A stretch of DNA of 64,000 nt, from the NCBI GenBank assembly GCA_047495785.1, contig JBLDXI010000007.1, positions 1,240,001 to 1,304,000 of the forward strand, in the 5' to 3' direction. The position numbers were made by a program, and so were the translations under genes. Below are positions 25,204 to 37,021 of the stretch, in pieces (positions within the stretch are counted from its first letter, which is position 1; every line of letters starts with the position of its first letter). The DNA is from Lepidodermella squamata. Lineage: Eukaryota; Animalia; Gastrotricha. Below the pieces are notes generated by a model. It searched no databases. It was given only the letters and a program-made list of their open reading frames with translations, and was not told where the DNA came from.

Positions 25204-25701
25204 CCGAAAACAACGGGTATGCTACGGCAAGAGGCGAAGAGATCGAACCCTAACCCAGTTCTGTTATAGCTGCCTGCAATACCAGATGAGCTTTCACTGT
25301 GATGGAGTGTTGTGGCCATTTGAAAGCGTAACTCTAGTGGCAGATGTTGCTACCAGAACTTTATTGTTTGCTTTTGTCCCTTTCTAGTTCGTTGTCTTTA
25401 GCTAGTGTCGTGTCTAGTCAAGGTCGAAGTCCATTGCTCTAGATAATAATTCTATATTCTATTCTATTGTTGAACAGAAAGTCTACCCTGTGATTCACAG
25501 CACGTGTCAATGGGTATATAATTTGAAAAAATGCAGACAAAAATCAATAATTACCTAGTTTGAATCGAAAAAAAGAAGATCTGAATAGAGGATAAATTGA
25601 CCAGCCCTTGAAACAAAACTAACCAGAACCCCGCGACGAAAATAGTTTGCTTGATAGCCTGCCCGATAAAAGTGAAAAAGAGACAAAAATGTTGCGACAT
25701 T

Positions 25702-25773
25702 TAGCAGAGCGTAGTTTCGATCTACAGACCTCTGGGTTATGGGCCCAGCGCGCTTCCACTGCGCCACTCTGCT
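25702..25773 (-). tRNA. tRNA-iMet(CAU)
   Basis: 72 nt; A1-U72, three G-C anticodon-stem pairs, T-loop AUCGAAA (eukaryotic initiator signature). Confidence 0.97.
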
Positions 25774-25840
25774 TGTCTGAGAACGAACATCAACTCAAAT
25801 TATTTGTAGTTCCTAATTTTAAATTTCCCATTTCAAAAAT

Positions 25841-25922
25841 TGGCAGCGGTGGGGTTCGAACCCACGCCTCCGAAGAGACTAGAGCCTAAATCTAGCGCCT
25901 TAGACCACTCGGCCACGCTACC
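25841..25922 (-). tRNA. tRNA-Leu(UAG)
   Basis: 82 nt GGTAGCGTGGCCGAG...CCGCTGCCA, long variable arm, anticodon TAG. Confidence 0.97.
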
Positions 25923-26345
25923 CTGCTGGAATGGAACCACTTGACCAAGCGCAAAATTAAAATTCCGAGAAAAATCGTCGATTTGAGCTACCATTTAAAG
26001 ACGTTAAATTTGCCGATTGCGGAAACCGCTGATGTAGAAAATTTCCTAAGACGGCCTTTGGACCATCGCCCTAAAATGCGTGGGTAAGTGAAGATCGGCA
26101 ATAGTCTACAATAAGGAGCAAATTGTGTAACATGACTAGTCGGATGCTTTGAGTTGCTTTGACTCTCAAAACGTCGATTTCTTCGATCAAATTGCTCAAT
26201 AGGTACTCGAAGTAATTTTGCATTGCATTGGCAATAAATACGGAAAGGGACTAAAACCTCGAAATTGCCGGCTCAAATTGTGAGAGAATATTCATCCCTA
26301 TGGGTGGGATAGTACGGGGAATTACGGTATTTTTTCGTGTTTTTA

Positions 26346-26504
26346 CGGGTGTGGCGCGAACGCCGGTACCCAAGTGAAATATTTTGCACCCGACTCCACC
26401 GATGAGGCAGAGCGCAGGGGTCAGCGGACCGCAGTGCAATGGCCCGCCTCGCCCTGGGGCGACCGACTTGCTGAGCTCGGTGCATCCCAGTGCCAGGTAA
26501 GTTT
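26346..26504 (-). ncRNA. U1: U1 snRNA (divergent)
   Basis: 5' AAACTTACCTGG, SL2 loop ATTGCAC, SL4 with TTCG tetraloop, ~159 nt. Confidence 0.92.
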
Positions 26505-26621
26505 AGTGGCCATAGGTCCACGCGATCGACCCTACTCAGCAGTTGGACCATAAACGGATGCTGAAGTCATTTGATTATTCCTCAGATCTTGAAAAAGTCT
26601 GATAAAAAAGATTGCGACATT

Positions 26622-26693
26622 TAGCAGAGCGTAGTTTCGATCTACAGACCTCTGGGTTATGGGCCCAGCGCGCTTCCACTGCGCCACTCTGCT
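26622..26693 (-). tRNA. tRNA-iMet(CAU)
   Basis: Same sequence as the 25702 copy. Confidence 0.97.
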
Positions 26694-26762
26694 CGTCTGA
26701 AGAGTAATCCAATCACTTGATATTGAATGCGAAATTTCTAAGAATTTAAATGGGAAAAATGA

Positions 26763-26844
26763 TGGCAGCGGTGGGGTTCGAACCCACGCCTCCGAAGAGA
26801 CTAGAGCCTAAATCTAGCGCCTTAGACCACTCGGCCACGCTACC
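26763..26844 (-). tRNA. tRNA-Leu(UAG)
   Basis: Same sequence as the 25841 copy. Confidence 0.97.
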
Positions 26845-27041
26845 TTGATGAATTTAAGAACTCCCGCTGAAAATTCGGTTGTTCCTCCTGCCAGTGAGCT
26901 CATGACGTCAGCTCCAAGTTGGATCAAGCTTCTTATCACGGTGATTGTTATCACGATATCCTTTCACCCTCTCAGAGATTAAAATTCCCACAAAACTTAT
27001 CCTTCTCTTTGTTAATCTTTCAGCACAAGAATTATACAAGA

Positions 27042-27656
27042 ATGTCCGAGCCACTACCATTATGCATGTATCGGGAAGACTTAGCCAATCTTCCATCTCT
27101 CTCTTTAATACCTGAAGGTTACAAACTCCGCCGACTCACTGAATTCAATGACAGCGAGATCCAGCAAATCCTTGATCTGGTAATATCAGCTTTCGGCACC
27201 TCCCGAGGCAACATGTCCGCAGAACGAATCCAGTCAGCTTTGATCGACGACAAAACAGTGAAAGCTGCCTTCGTCATCGAACACGTCGAAACAAATCAAA
27301 TCGTGGCTATGGCATGTGCTCGAATATTCGATTCGCCCGAGGAATGCCTTAGTGATACTAGAAGCTTGGAGGATATGCGTAAACTGGTCGCCGACTACCT
27401 TCACGCTGGCTACGTCTACTGGGTAGCTGCCTCGCCGCAGCATTCTGGCAAAAAGTTGGGATATTACGTTTCCGCAGCTGCCCTTAAATTCATGGCTGAG
27501 GAGACGGCGAAAACAGCGGCTTACCTGGAGACCCATGACCAACGACTAGCTGCGATCAAAACTTATTTAAATCTTGGCTTTCACAAAGTCATTAGAGATG
27601 ACACTCAGGAGGCTCGCTGGGAAACTGTTGAGGGCCAATTAAATATTAAAAAATGA
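27042..27656 (+). CDS. GNAT N-acetyltransferase, bacterial-like (GNAT-1)
   Basis: Uninterrupted ORF; motif A GYVYWVAASPQHSGKKLG; motif B LETHDQRLAAIKTYLNLGF. Confidence 0.9.
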   Translation: MSEPLPLCMYREDLANLPSLSLIPEGYKLRRLTEFNDSEIQQILDLVISAFGTSRGNMSAERIQSALIDDKTVKAAFVIEHVETNQIVAMACARIFDSPEECLSDTRSLEDMRKLVADYLHAGYVYWVAASPQHSGKKLGYYVSAAALKFMAEETAKTAAYLETHDQRLAAIKTYLNLGFHKVIRDDTQEARWETVEGQLNIKK

Positions 27657-27692
27657 ATAAAATTCAATAAACGTGGCAATTTTTTATTGTTT

Positions 27693-28481
27693 TCAGCTAT
27701 TGAAGTCAGCTATTTCCTTTACAGCCCTTGAAATTACAGCTCCCAATCGGTTATTTTCCAAATTTTTGCCAGCCGTATTCGTGTTGTAGTAATCCGTCAC
27801 AACTGCAATCGAGGCGTAGGGAATCTTAAATTTGTGAGCTAAAATCACTTCATCTGCATTGTGTCCAAGAACGTGTCCTCCCAGCATCGCATACATTTTA
27901 TTCTCCGCCCGTGACCGGACTGATTGTCCCCCGTCAACAGCCACGTAAGTCGCAACTTGATGCGGATTCAAGCCTTCGCCCAATGCAGCAACTGAAAGCG
28001 CGTTTCGAAGTGATTGGCAATATAGCGGCATATCGAAATGATAGTTCCGATTTTCGCGGCTCGTAAAATCGATCAGTTGATCAATAATAGCTAAATCTCC
28101 GATTCGATGCAAATCAGGCCGCAGAGAAACAACCGAATTTACAGCGAAAATTGCGTCGCATTTGAGAATTTTCTTCACCGCGAAAAGATCAGCCCGGCAT
28201 GAATTCGAATCTCGTTTCATGAAAATCGCATCAATATCATTAATTTTTCCTGAAAAATTAAGAACGATGAAGCAATTAAGGAGGAATTTTCATCTTTTTT
28301 ACCTTCGAAAATTGCAGTCGTAGTAGGTCCATATTTGGTGTCAAGTGGGGTTGGAACTTCTCGTTTTGCATTAATAAATGATGTTTCGACCAACTCAGAA
28401 CCGCTAATTATCGCTACCTATTGAAATATTTAAAAAATTCTTCAAGGTATGAGCTGAATCGATATTACTTACCCTGACCAT
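27693..28481 (-). CDS. divergent MTAP/purine nucleoside phosphorylase-like protein
   Basis: VAIISGS, DTKYGPTT, SLRPD..IGDLAIIDQLIDFT, RSRAENKMY, YASIAVVTDY; two short introns at the 5' end. Confidence 0.78.
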
Positions 28482-28811
28482 TTTCCCCCGATTTTTCACA
28501 GGCAATCTATGCGTGAATTGCTACATAAAATAATTATATGAGTGCGCTTTTTATTGTCAATGTTTTTTGTTTTGCTGCGCGTGTAACAAAGCTCTTAGCA
28601 TTAATCTGTTTTGAAAACAAAGTATACCTAACACCTCGGGTCATGAAATATGAGCGTCTCCGTGTGAAAGGTGAGATCCTGGTTTCATAATAATGAAAAG
28701 CTGCTAGGCCTAGTGGCCTGAGGGTCAAAAGCTGAGAGGTATTAGGCCGACGTATAACGGTGCAATCCACTTGAAAAAAAGTTTTCTTTGTTTTATTAGG
28801 ATCAAGGTTAT

Positions 28812-29960
28812 TTAAGCTGCGATTAAATCAAGGGCGTGGTTCAAAACCTCTGACATAGTAATTCTTTGATCGGCCTCTGCGTGAAGCATTCGTGATTCAA
28901 CCAGCTCGCGAAATTGTTCGCTGAAGACACTTGGTAAAGGAATCAACCTATTGCTGTGAAAAAATCGGTTTTAAATGAAGAATAAATCGGGGGAAAGTTG
29001 CTTCTTACTTCATTACAGCTTCGTAACATTGAAGAATGTTATTTCCAGGGAACTATCATTGGAATACAATTAATTTTTTGGAAAAAATGATTTTTTAAGG
29101 TAACAAACTGGGAGTTTCAAACTCGCGATCTCGTAAACAGTGGCGCCAAGAGACCAAACCTCGGCTCGAAAATCGTAAGTTGACTCGCCAGAAAGCAGTT
29201 CGGGAGCCATATAGGAAACAGAACCAACAATAAAATTTGATGGTATGCTGTTCCTATATTATAGGAATACAATTATAGAATTTTAGGACAGGCCTACGAA
29301 AGTTTTACGTGTTCAATGATTTCGCAATCCCAAAATCGCCGAGCTTGAGATTTTGATCTTCAGCCACAAAAATATTCTGTAATTAGATAGTTTATTTATC
29401 AGCTGAAATTGGAAGGTGAGTCATTACTTCAGGCTTAACATCGCGATGAAGAACGCCTCGGCTGTGAAGGAAATTCAATGTCTCAGCTAGTTGAGCAGTC
29501 CATTTCAAGACTTCGGGTTCAGAAAAAAGGGAACCATTTTGTGCTTTGATGAGATCCTTCAGCGTTCCTTGAATTACAAATTTCACATTTCAAATTATTT
29601 TTTTCAGTTTTCAACAAACCTGTAAATAACTGCAAAATTGTATGAAGGCTCGCATCCTCTGCAATTTGGATAAAAATAAATAATTGATTTTATAACGATT
29701 TGATTATTACCTACGAACCATCCATATATTTCGACAATATTAGGGTGTTTATGAGCAGCCATTAATTGCGGCTCTCGATAAGCCATTTTCGTGAGCCTTT
29801 CTCCAGCTTCCTTGTCATTTTCGCCGAGACTGTCAAGTCGCACAACCTTTAACGCGTAGTGGCTGCCGTCGCTTTTGTCGCGAATTTTGTAAACGCGACC
29901 AAAGCCACCTCTCCCAATTTCGCCTTCGACGGTGTACTGGTTTGAGGAGCTGAATTTCAT
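28812..29960 (-). CDS. NIMA-related (NEK-like) Ser/Thr kinase, multi-exon, kinase domain only
   Basis: GRGGFG, YALK, HRDVKPE-NIF, KLGDFGIAK, VGSVSYMAPE, VWSLG, joined by short introns. Confidence 0.85.
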
Positions 29961-30249
29961 GATCTGCTAGACTAAACTGAAAAGATGGTGTGAAAAAATA
30001 AGTGTGAGCAATAGAACAACGCTATTGCGGTTGATCGATGGGAAAATAATATTCTTTTTCTCACAGTCAGCAATAACCACATCACATCGATCGATTTAGT
30101 TTCGCGGCTTGGATGAAATATTCATGAGATTTCGTTTTTTTGCCGTTGAAGGTTATATAGCATTCCTGTGTTCGAACACGCATTGAATGTTGCATGATTA
30201 TTCTGTCATGAAAGCGCAGAGCAGGCAATTAAATGACAAATATTACCGC

Positions 30250-30331
30250 GGTAGCGTGGCCGAGTGGTCTAAGGCGCTAGATTTAGGCTCTAGTCTCTTC
30301 GGAGGCGTGGGTTCGAACCCCACCGCTGCCA
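30250..30331 (+). tRNA. tRNA-Leu(UAG)
   Basis: 82 nt, followed by a T-run. Confidence 0.97.
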
Positions 30332-30401
30332 TCATTTTTTCCATTCGAATTCTTGAAACATTTAAAAACAATGATCGAATGGCTAAGTCACTCTTCAGAC
30401 A

Positions 30402-30473
30402 AGCAGAGTGGCGCAGTGGAAGCGCGCTGGGCCCATAACCCAGAGGTCTGTAGATCGAAACTACGCTCTGCTA
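30402..30473 (+). tRNA. tRNA-iMet(CAU)
   Basis: 72 nt initiator signature, T-run downstream. Confidence 0.97.
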
Positions 30474-30519
30474 ACTGTCGCAATATTTTTATCAGCATTT
30501 TTCTAAAAAAAGAGGAATA

Positions 30520-30590
30520 ACCAAATGACTTGATTGTTCGTTTATGGTCCAACTGCTAAGTGGGGTCGATCGCGTGGACCTTTGGCCACT
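30520..30590 (+). promoter_or_regulatory. putative U1 proximal promoter (PSE region), conserved before all five U1 copies
   Basis: CAAATGACTT ~70 nt upstream, then ACTGCT..GTGGGG..G.TCGC.TGGACCT.TGGCCACT, conserved while flanking spacers diverge. Confidence 0.6.
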
Positions 30591-30749
30591 AAACTTACCT
30601 GGCACTGGGATGAACCGAGCTCAGCAAGTCGGTCGCCCCAGGGCGAGGCGGGCCATTGCACTGCGGTCCGCTGACCCCTGCGCTCTGCCTCATCGGTGGA
30701 GTCGGGTGCAAAATATTTCACTTGGGTATCGGCGTTCGCGCCACACCCG
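30591..30749 (+). ncRNA. U1: U1 snRNA (divergent)
   Basis: AAACTTACCTGG...CCATTGCACT...GGCGTTCGCGCC. Confidence 0.92.
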
Positions 30750-32411
30750 TAAAATTACGAAATAAATTACCGTATTTCTTGGAGCTATTTTTGGAGCTCG
30801 TGAAAAAGGAGACATTTCGGTCCGTTTTGCAGGAGATAAACAGTCTCATTTCGCACGTACGAAAAATTTCAACTAGCATCGCGCCTCAATTCCACCAAGC
30901 GGATCTTTTGATTTTCACTTTCGCCTGGGAGTGCTACGACTATGGCTACGACAATGGGACTAGTCTCGTTCGATTCGTCTTGATATTCTACGTCGGACAG
31001 TGTACTTTTATGTGCGCCTAAAACAGGTAAATGCGTTTTAAATTTGACAGAAATCATCTCAGAGTGAAATAGGCTAAAAATAGGCTGAAAAACGCGATTC
31101 ACCGGGCCTCTTTATAGTTCGACAACCATTAAGGCTGCAATAACGTGCTTGGTCTCTAAAAATTCAGTGGAAAATTTGCTGCATTTTACGTGTAGTCGCT
31201 TAGGAGCGCTATCGCGGTAAGGTGTCAAAATATTTGACGAAAGTCGGCAAAATGAAATTTTCAATTTTCACAAAAATCAACCGCGCGTCAGACATGAGAG
31301 CTGTAAAAAGAAGATGGAAAACTAGCCATATTACAACTTAAAGATGCTTTGAAACATTCACCTTAATTATTAACTCAACTTCAAATTTCGATTTAATTTC
31401 TTAATCAATCCCTGAAGATGGTTATTGTGTATAACCGAAACGTTGGAATAAATGCGTTACGTTTTATAAACAAGATTTATTCGAAAAAACTTTTAATACG
31501 GTAATAATAATTAACAATCAAATTACTGACTCGGAATTCCTCTGCGTCGATTTGAAGACTAGTTTGAATACATCACTTTCAGCTTTTGTTATATAATATC
31601 TGAGAAGCGTTCTTTCATTCTCGACTCACGCCATCAACCTTTCATGATTCGTATAATATGTTGTTGTCTGTTCCTTTGAATTATTGCCTCAAAAATAATT
31701 ATTGGAGAGCTTAGGTTTGAGAAAAGCATAAATAAAAAAGGTTGTCTTCTTTCTTTCAGAAGCTTGCAAGTAATGTAATGTAACACTAAGAACTGTTCCT
31801 CAAAGATAATGAAGCAACTTAGATTTTCAAGAATTCTGTCACCTGGGTGGAGCCTGGTTCCCTCGGATGCGTATGTAGACAAAATTGTAAATGTCGACTT
31901 TTAAAATCTGCGCAAAATAACAAAATCAACAGCGTCTCTTTCTTATCATTTCCCAACTTGGAACTGTAACGTGGAAAAGCTTGAACCTGACTTTTTCGAC
32001 GATGAGGATCGTGCCAAGATAAATATTTTGATTTTCATCCACTATTTGATCAAGAAAAACTGATCGAAGTTGCAGATTTCATAAAATATTGCTACCAGTA
32101 GGGTTTCCGCCCACGATGCTCACGAAAGTTGTGCGATACTGCGATACTTTTAGTCTTGACTCCGATCATATTGAAATTCATACATAGACGATGAACAAAC
32201 AGATGCATGACTGTCATGTTCAACATTGGCGTTCTACAGAGCATCAAAAGAGCACGTATTCAATAAAACTTTTCTCCCATCATTCAATCCTATTTCTGGA
32301 CAAAAAGCAGTAAGCTGCAAAATAATTTCAGGCTCACAGTAGCAATATTCCTTCAGCGAATGCATGCAAGACTTCCCAATGATTTACCTAAAACTGTTTC
32401 TAGTCGCATAG

Positions 32412-33268
32412 TAATGCTGGATTTAGAAACTACTTCGTACGGCCATCCGAAGTTCGGACGGCTTCGGATGGCCGAAGTTGCGTAATACGCACCGAAGTTG
32501 GGCGCGCGCGCGTCCGAAGAACGAGAACAATATACTTCGGATGGGCCGTCCGAAGCGTCCGAATCCGAAGAGCCGAAGTTACACGCATTAAAACAATAAA
32601 GGCGGGCGCACAACGCCGTAAATTAGGATACACGGGAAGCCACAGCTATTAAGATGTTTATCACATTGCTAGTAGTCCACCTTCTTGGCCTCATTTTAGG
32701 CTTTTTAGGCGAGGCCACGGTGCACTTATGTGCGCTCATGACCTGCGCTCCTTGGATTGACCTTTGACACTTGACTACACTTGTCGCCGCGTGCTAATCC
32801 GATTTGAAAACCGCACTCGCCGGCATACTAATGACTAAATTAGCTAATTACGAGGCGGCTACACCGTGCGCCCTTTTAGCTACCGCCCGCTGCGTGTGAA
32901 CAACTGTTGCCCTAAACCGCGGATGTAACAGCTAAAATAGGACGAATTTTCAAATATTTCAATGAAATTTATATGCTCAAGCTCCTCTCGCAATGAAGAA
33001 CTCGTTTACAATAAAATCAACAGCATTTGAGCATTTTCCGCATTTTTTAACTCAACCTCGTCGATTAAGCGCATTCGCCGCGCCACGCGCTTTTGTTCTG
33101 GGCCGCGCACGTCGGACAACTTCGGAGAGCAAACAATAGAAACGTCGGACGAAATTTGCCGTTCTTCGGAACTGATAAGGCATCCGAAGTTACGCGCATG
33201 GGCTCCGAAGTTCGGATACATCCGTCCGAACCGAAGCGCCGTCCGAAGTGTTTATAAATCCAGTATAA
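32412..33268. mobile_element. non-autonomous TIR element with subterminal TCCGAAG/CTTCGGA motif arrays
   Basis: Ends GCTGGATTTAGAAACTACTTCGTACGG and (reverse complement) ACTGGATTTATAAACACTTCGGACGG; many CCGAAG motifs near both ends; no transposase. Confidence 0.65.
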
Positions 33269-33606
33269 TGGTGGTTAGTGGCTGGAAAGGGTGAGCAATA
33301 AATTGTAAAAAAAACAATTCGACGATTTTTACTAAAATTGTTAATTTTCTGGCTTGCGTCAACTGTCGTTTAAAGTATCCATTATTGTGGTCTCCGAAAT
33401 ACTACGCACGATCAAAAATCCTTTCAAACCGACACCGAAACTTCTAACCTAGCGCTAGCGCTAGCTTGTTTGAGGATTAGAGGTTTGAGGGTAACTCCAG
33501 CCCCTCGGATAAGCTGGTTACCTATGGCTTATTGAAACGAAATCAATAGATTTTTAAAGCTAGAATTGTTCTAGTGACTGATTTTTTCTGTTTTCATTTG
33601 AGAAAT

Positions 33607-34934
33607 ATGATTAATATGTACATAAGAATGGCTCTAGTTTTCTTCGCAGCAATTTTATTAGAGATCGTCTTGGTTATAGAAAGTTTGGCCCTGGGCAATG
33701 CCAGCAACATTTCGGCTAATTGCAACCCCGATGCTTTGCGTGATATGTTCTTCGAGCTTTGCCCGATAGCAAAATCCAGCAATCTGCCGACGTCATTCCA
33801 CAGGCAGATTAATAACTTATCGGTACCCATCAAAAGTTACTTTGTAACACGTCTATTGGCAATAAACGATGTCAGCGATGTAGCGATGAGGTATTTTGAA
33901 TTATCCAGTTGAACAACTAATTTAATATTCATCATTCCAGCATGGCTATATCCATGACATTGGGTATGATTTGGGACATGCCGTGCGGAGAAGATATAAG
34001 GGAGAAGTTGTGGCCGGGTTACTCGGCTTTTAATCAAGATTTACTTGATAGGATTCAATTCGAAGTTCCGATCGATCAAGTATGGTGGCCGGATCTCCAA
34101 CACATAAACACTATCGGGGAATCACGACCGTTCCGAGGGTAAATATCTAAAACTTTGGTTGGAAATTCCAACCTAAATTTAACTTAAATTAAATTAAATT
34201 TGTTTTACAGGGAAAGGTTGATAAAAGTGCGGCCATTTGTCGTAACCGGGCCGAGATTTGTCATTTACACTGTGCGGATATTTGAATCGCACTGTTTTCA
34301 CTTCAGCTACATCAAGTTCCCGTTCGATGTTGCAAATTGCACCTTCGAGTTCGAAAATGAAAATCTCAACAACGAGGTTGATCTTGTGATCGATACTGTT
34401 GAGGCCAATTTAAATCTACTTAGGGACGATGATATTTGGACTTTCGTGGCATTCAACGGGGTCGTTTATGACTTCGGTGGATATCCGCATGTCACTGTTA
34501 CTCTAACTCTAAAACGAAAGTTTCAATACTACGTCGGAAATGTGCTCCTGCCAATGCTCACCCTTTTTATTCTCCAAATTGCCTCTCTAATTATGGACCC
34601 TGCGCATCCAGACCGGCCAAATTTTTGTGTGACTGTTAATTTGGCTACCGCTGTTTTACTCGCACTAGTCTTTTCGCTGATTCCTCGAACGTCGCAGGAT
34701 GTTTATTTGATCAATATCCTAGTCAGCTTCATGGTGATCTGTACACTTCTCACGTGTTATGCCTTGACTACCTGCAGTCTCAGCAGTTGGAAGCCGGCTC
34801 GACAAAGAATTGGAGGAAAATTGTTCCACCGAGGGATCAAGGTAATCAGGATTGCGGATCTGGCGATGGGATTAGCTGCATTCATTACCGGCATGGCAGT
34901 TGCTACTTACTATGGGGTCAAAATGTTGGCCTGA
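33607..34934 (+). CDS. divergent Cys-loop receptor subunit without lectin domain (LGIC-5)
   Basis: Signal peptide; two introns (~33890-33940, ~34139-34210); VWWPDL; Cys-loop CFHFSYIKFPFDVANC; M2 PDRPNFCVTVNLAT; four TM helices. Confidence 0.85.
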
Positions 34935-35712
34935 GGGGTTCTCTGATCTGAAGGCTTCATATTGCGATACGAACTCACTGCAAGCGTGAATTTTTACAAC
35001 CCAAAACATAATAATGCTAAATGCTACTGTTGTTGAATTGATAATGCTGTTTTATTTCTGATTTTGATATTGTGCAGCATAATTTTCCATGTTGTCAACA
35101 TGTTAACCATTAAATAAAATGCGACCTCATTTTATGATAATATTCACAAGCTTACATTTTTCTGATTTTGTACGAGTATGTTGTTCATATCTGTGGTTCG
35201 TAGCACGAGCTTTGGGAAATCGGCACGAAGCGTAGATGACCAAATCGAGTGCGGAGAATCAAGTCACGCCATCCATGTTTGCTCATTGGTTTGGGCACTA
35301 GCCTCAGTTACCAAGTTCGCAGTTCGCAAGTTCGATTCCCCAAGGCTCCAATTTTTTCTTCGTGGACGTGAGATGGCAAAATAATTTGAATTATCGTATT
35401 TGAATGTTCGTTTGTGGCATGGGTCCCGTTAAATTCAAATCAGCAAATCGTTAAATGATGATTTTTCGCAAAAAATGCTAGCAAGCCCAGCGATTTGAAT
35501 GTTGACGGATGAATTGGTGATTTGACGCGCGTTTGTGGCCCGACCTTCAGGAAGGCAACAGCAGGTAGGCCCTTAACAGGAATCATTGGGTCAACTCTCT
35601 TACGCATTTGTTCTCTTCTGCATTTTGTATCATTAAATTTATGCCTATTTTTTCGAAATCTGACTCGAGAATAAATGAACAGCCATGAAAAACTGATAAT
35701 TCACAATGAAAT

Positions 35713-35950
35713 TGCAATGAAAATGCATATGCAAATGAGCGTCCAAAATTACCCTCTAATTGTCCAAAGTTACCGCAACACATTTCAATTTGCCAAAAGT
35801 CAGGTGAAATTCTTAAAATTCTCAAAATTTGCAGTAAATTCAAGAATCACCGTCCCCACCTTTGGTGAAAATTTCAGAAATTTAGGAGCAACGGCTGATT
35901 TTTAATTTTCGAAAAACACGTTTTGTCCAAAGTTACCACTCGTTATGGTA
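35713..35950. mobile_element. right-end fragment of pogo-like family
   Basis: Ends GTTTTGTCCAAAGTTACCACTCGTTATGGTA, similar to the right TIR of 4310-5490. Confidence 0.55.
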
Positions 35951-36707
35951 TTCGCTTCAAAATGAGCTGATGACACAAAAACCTTTAGGTGGGCAATAAT
36001 CGTTAATCCTGTCCGGCTTACAATAGTCCTCAATCCTGCAGACATCCGTCCAACGAGCGCTAATCCACACTCGCACACATGGTTTTGAAATGTGGGTGTC
36101 CACTCCCAGGAATCATTATGTGTACAAACAACATACGAGCGCGCAGTTGGTGACGTTCGCGGGAGAGAAAACCAGCTTCCTTGATCTCTTTATCTGCTTT
36201 ATTATTACCCTGGGAGAATCACTTAATTGACCCACGACGTAAAATCATTTAGGACAAGGAGAAAAAGATCTCAAAAATACTAGACCTAGCCGTTATTAGA
36301 CAGAATTTTCCTCTATCCGTGAGACGATGACGAAAATACGATGATGAAAACACATCTGCCGGCCAGCGTTCAATAAGGCGAGACCAGTTCGAGTTCGTCA
36401 TTTTTCCTGCAAGCGTCGCGTGCGGGCATGTTTTAGAGCGGCCTGAGCGCGGAGTGGTAAATCCCCGCTGCCCCGATCGAACGCGCTCGGGCCGAGATTT
36501 TTTAACCCGGACAGGCCCTTCAAAGGAGTCCAACAAGCCGACCCGGCCCGTGGTCACCGTCGGGACTAAATCAGAAACTCTAAACTCATTCTAGCTTGCA
36601 GTTGGGCAAATATTTGAGGTCATGCGTGACTCCGGGTAATTAGGATACAAATTTCTTTATGTAGTAGCCAATTATATGAAGTCAGCTGATCACTTATATT
36701 TCAGCAA

Positions 36708-36789
36708 GTCGCTATGCCCGAGTGGTTAAGGGGTCTGACTAGAAATCAGATGCGGTCTCCGCGCGTAGGTTCAAATCCTACTGGCGACG
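36708..36789 (+). tRNA. tRNA-Ser(AGA)
   Basis: 82 nt; anticodon arm TCTGA-CTAGAAA-TCAGA; long variable arm; G discriminator; T-run downstream. Confidence 0.95.
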
Positions 36790-37021
36790 AATATTTTTTG
36801 TAAAAAAAAAAGAAATTTCATTCAGCTTGAGGCAACGATATAGGATACAACAAACATATCTCATTTATTATGGCCAAGCAGTACCCTCATCCGAATTTCA
36901 ACCATTAGGCAGTTCTTACTGCTTTTGAATGTATAATTAATAAATGAATAAATTAATGATTTTGAAAGTATTATTTAAAATACTGACGCAGATTTCTTCT
37001 CCAATATTCCGTGGTCTCTGC

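Noticed and set aside
27042-27656. Bacterial contamination as the source of the GNATs
   Set aside because: GNATs and their relics are interleaved with U1, eukaryotic tRNAs and intron-containing genes
30250-30331. tRNA with TAG anticodon as an amber suppressor
   Set aside because: Anticodon UAG reads CUA (Leu); an amber suppressor needs anticodon CUA
30544-30765. Repeated ORF MVQLLSGVDRVDLWPLNLPGTG... (also at 26273, 40023, 45417, 55336) as a protein family
   Set aside because: It is the incidental translation of the U1 gene and its promoter
32430-33250. CCGAAG arrays as a CRISPR-like array
   Set aside because: Short motifs, irregular spacing, both orientations, bounded by TIRs, eukaryotic context, no cas genes
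36250-36585. GC-rich patch with ACCCGGCCCG motifs resembling a hAT MITE end
   Set aside because: No matching second TIR or TSD found
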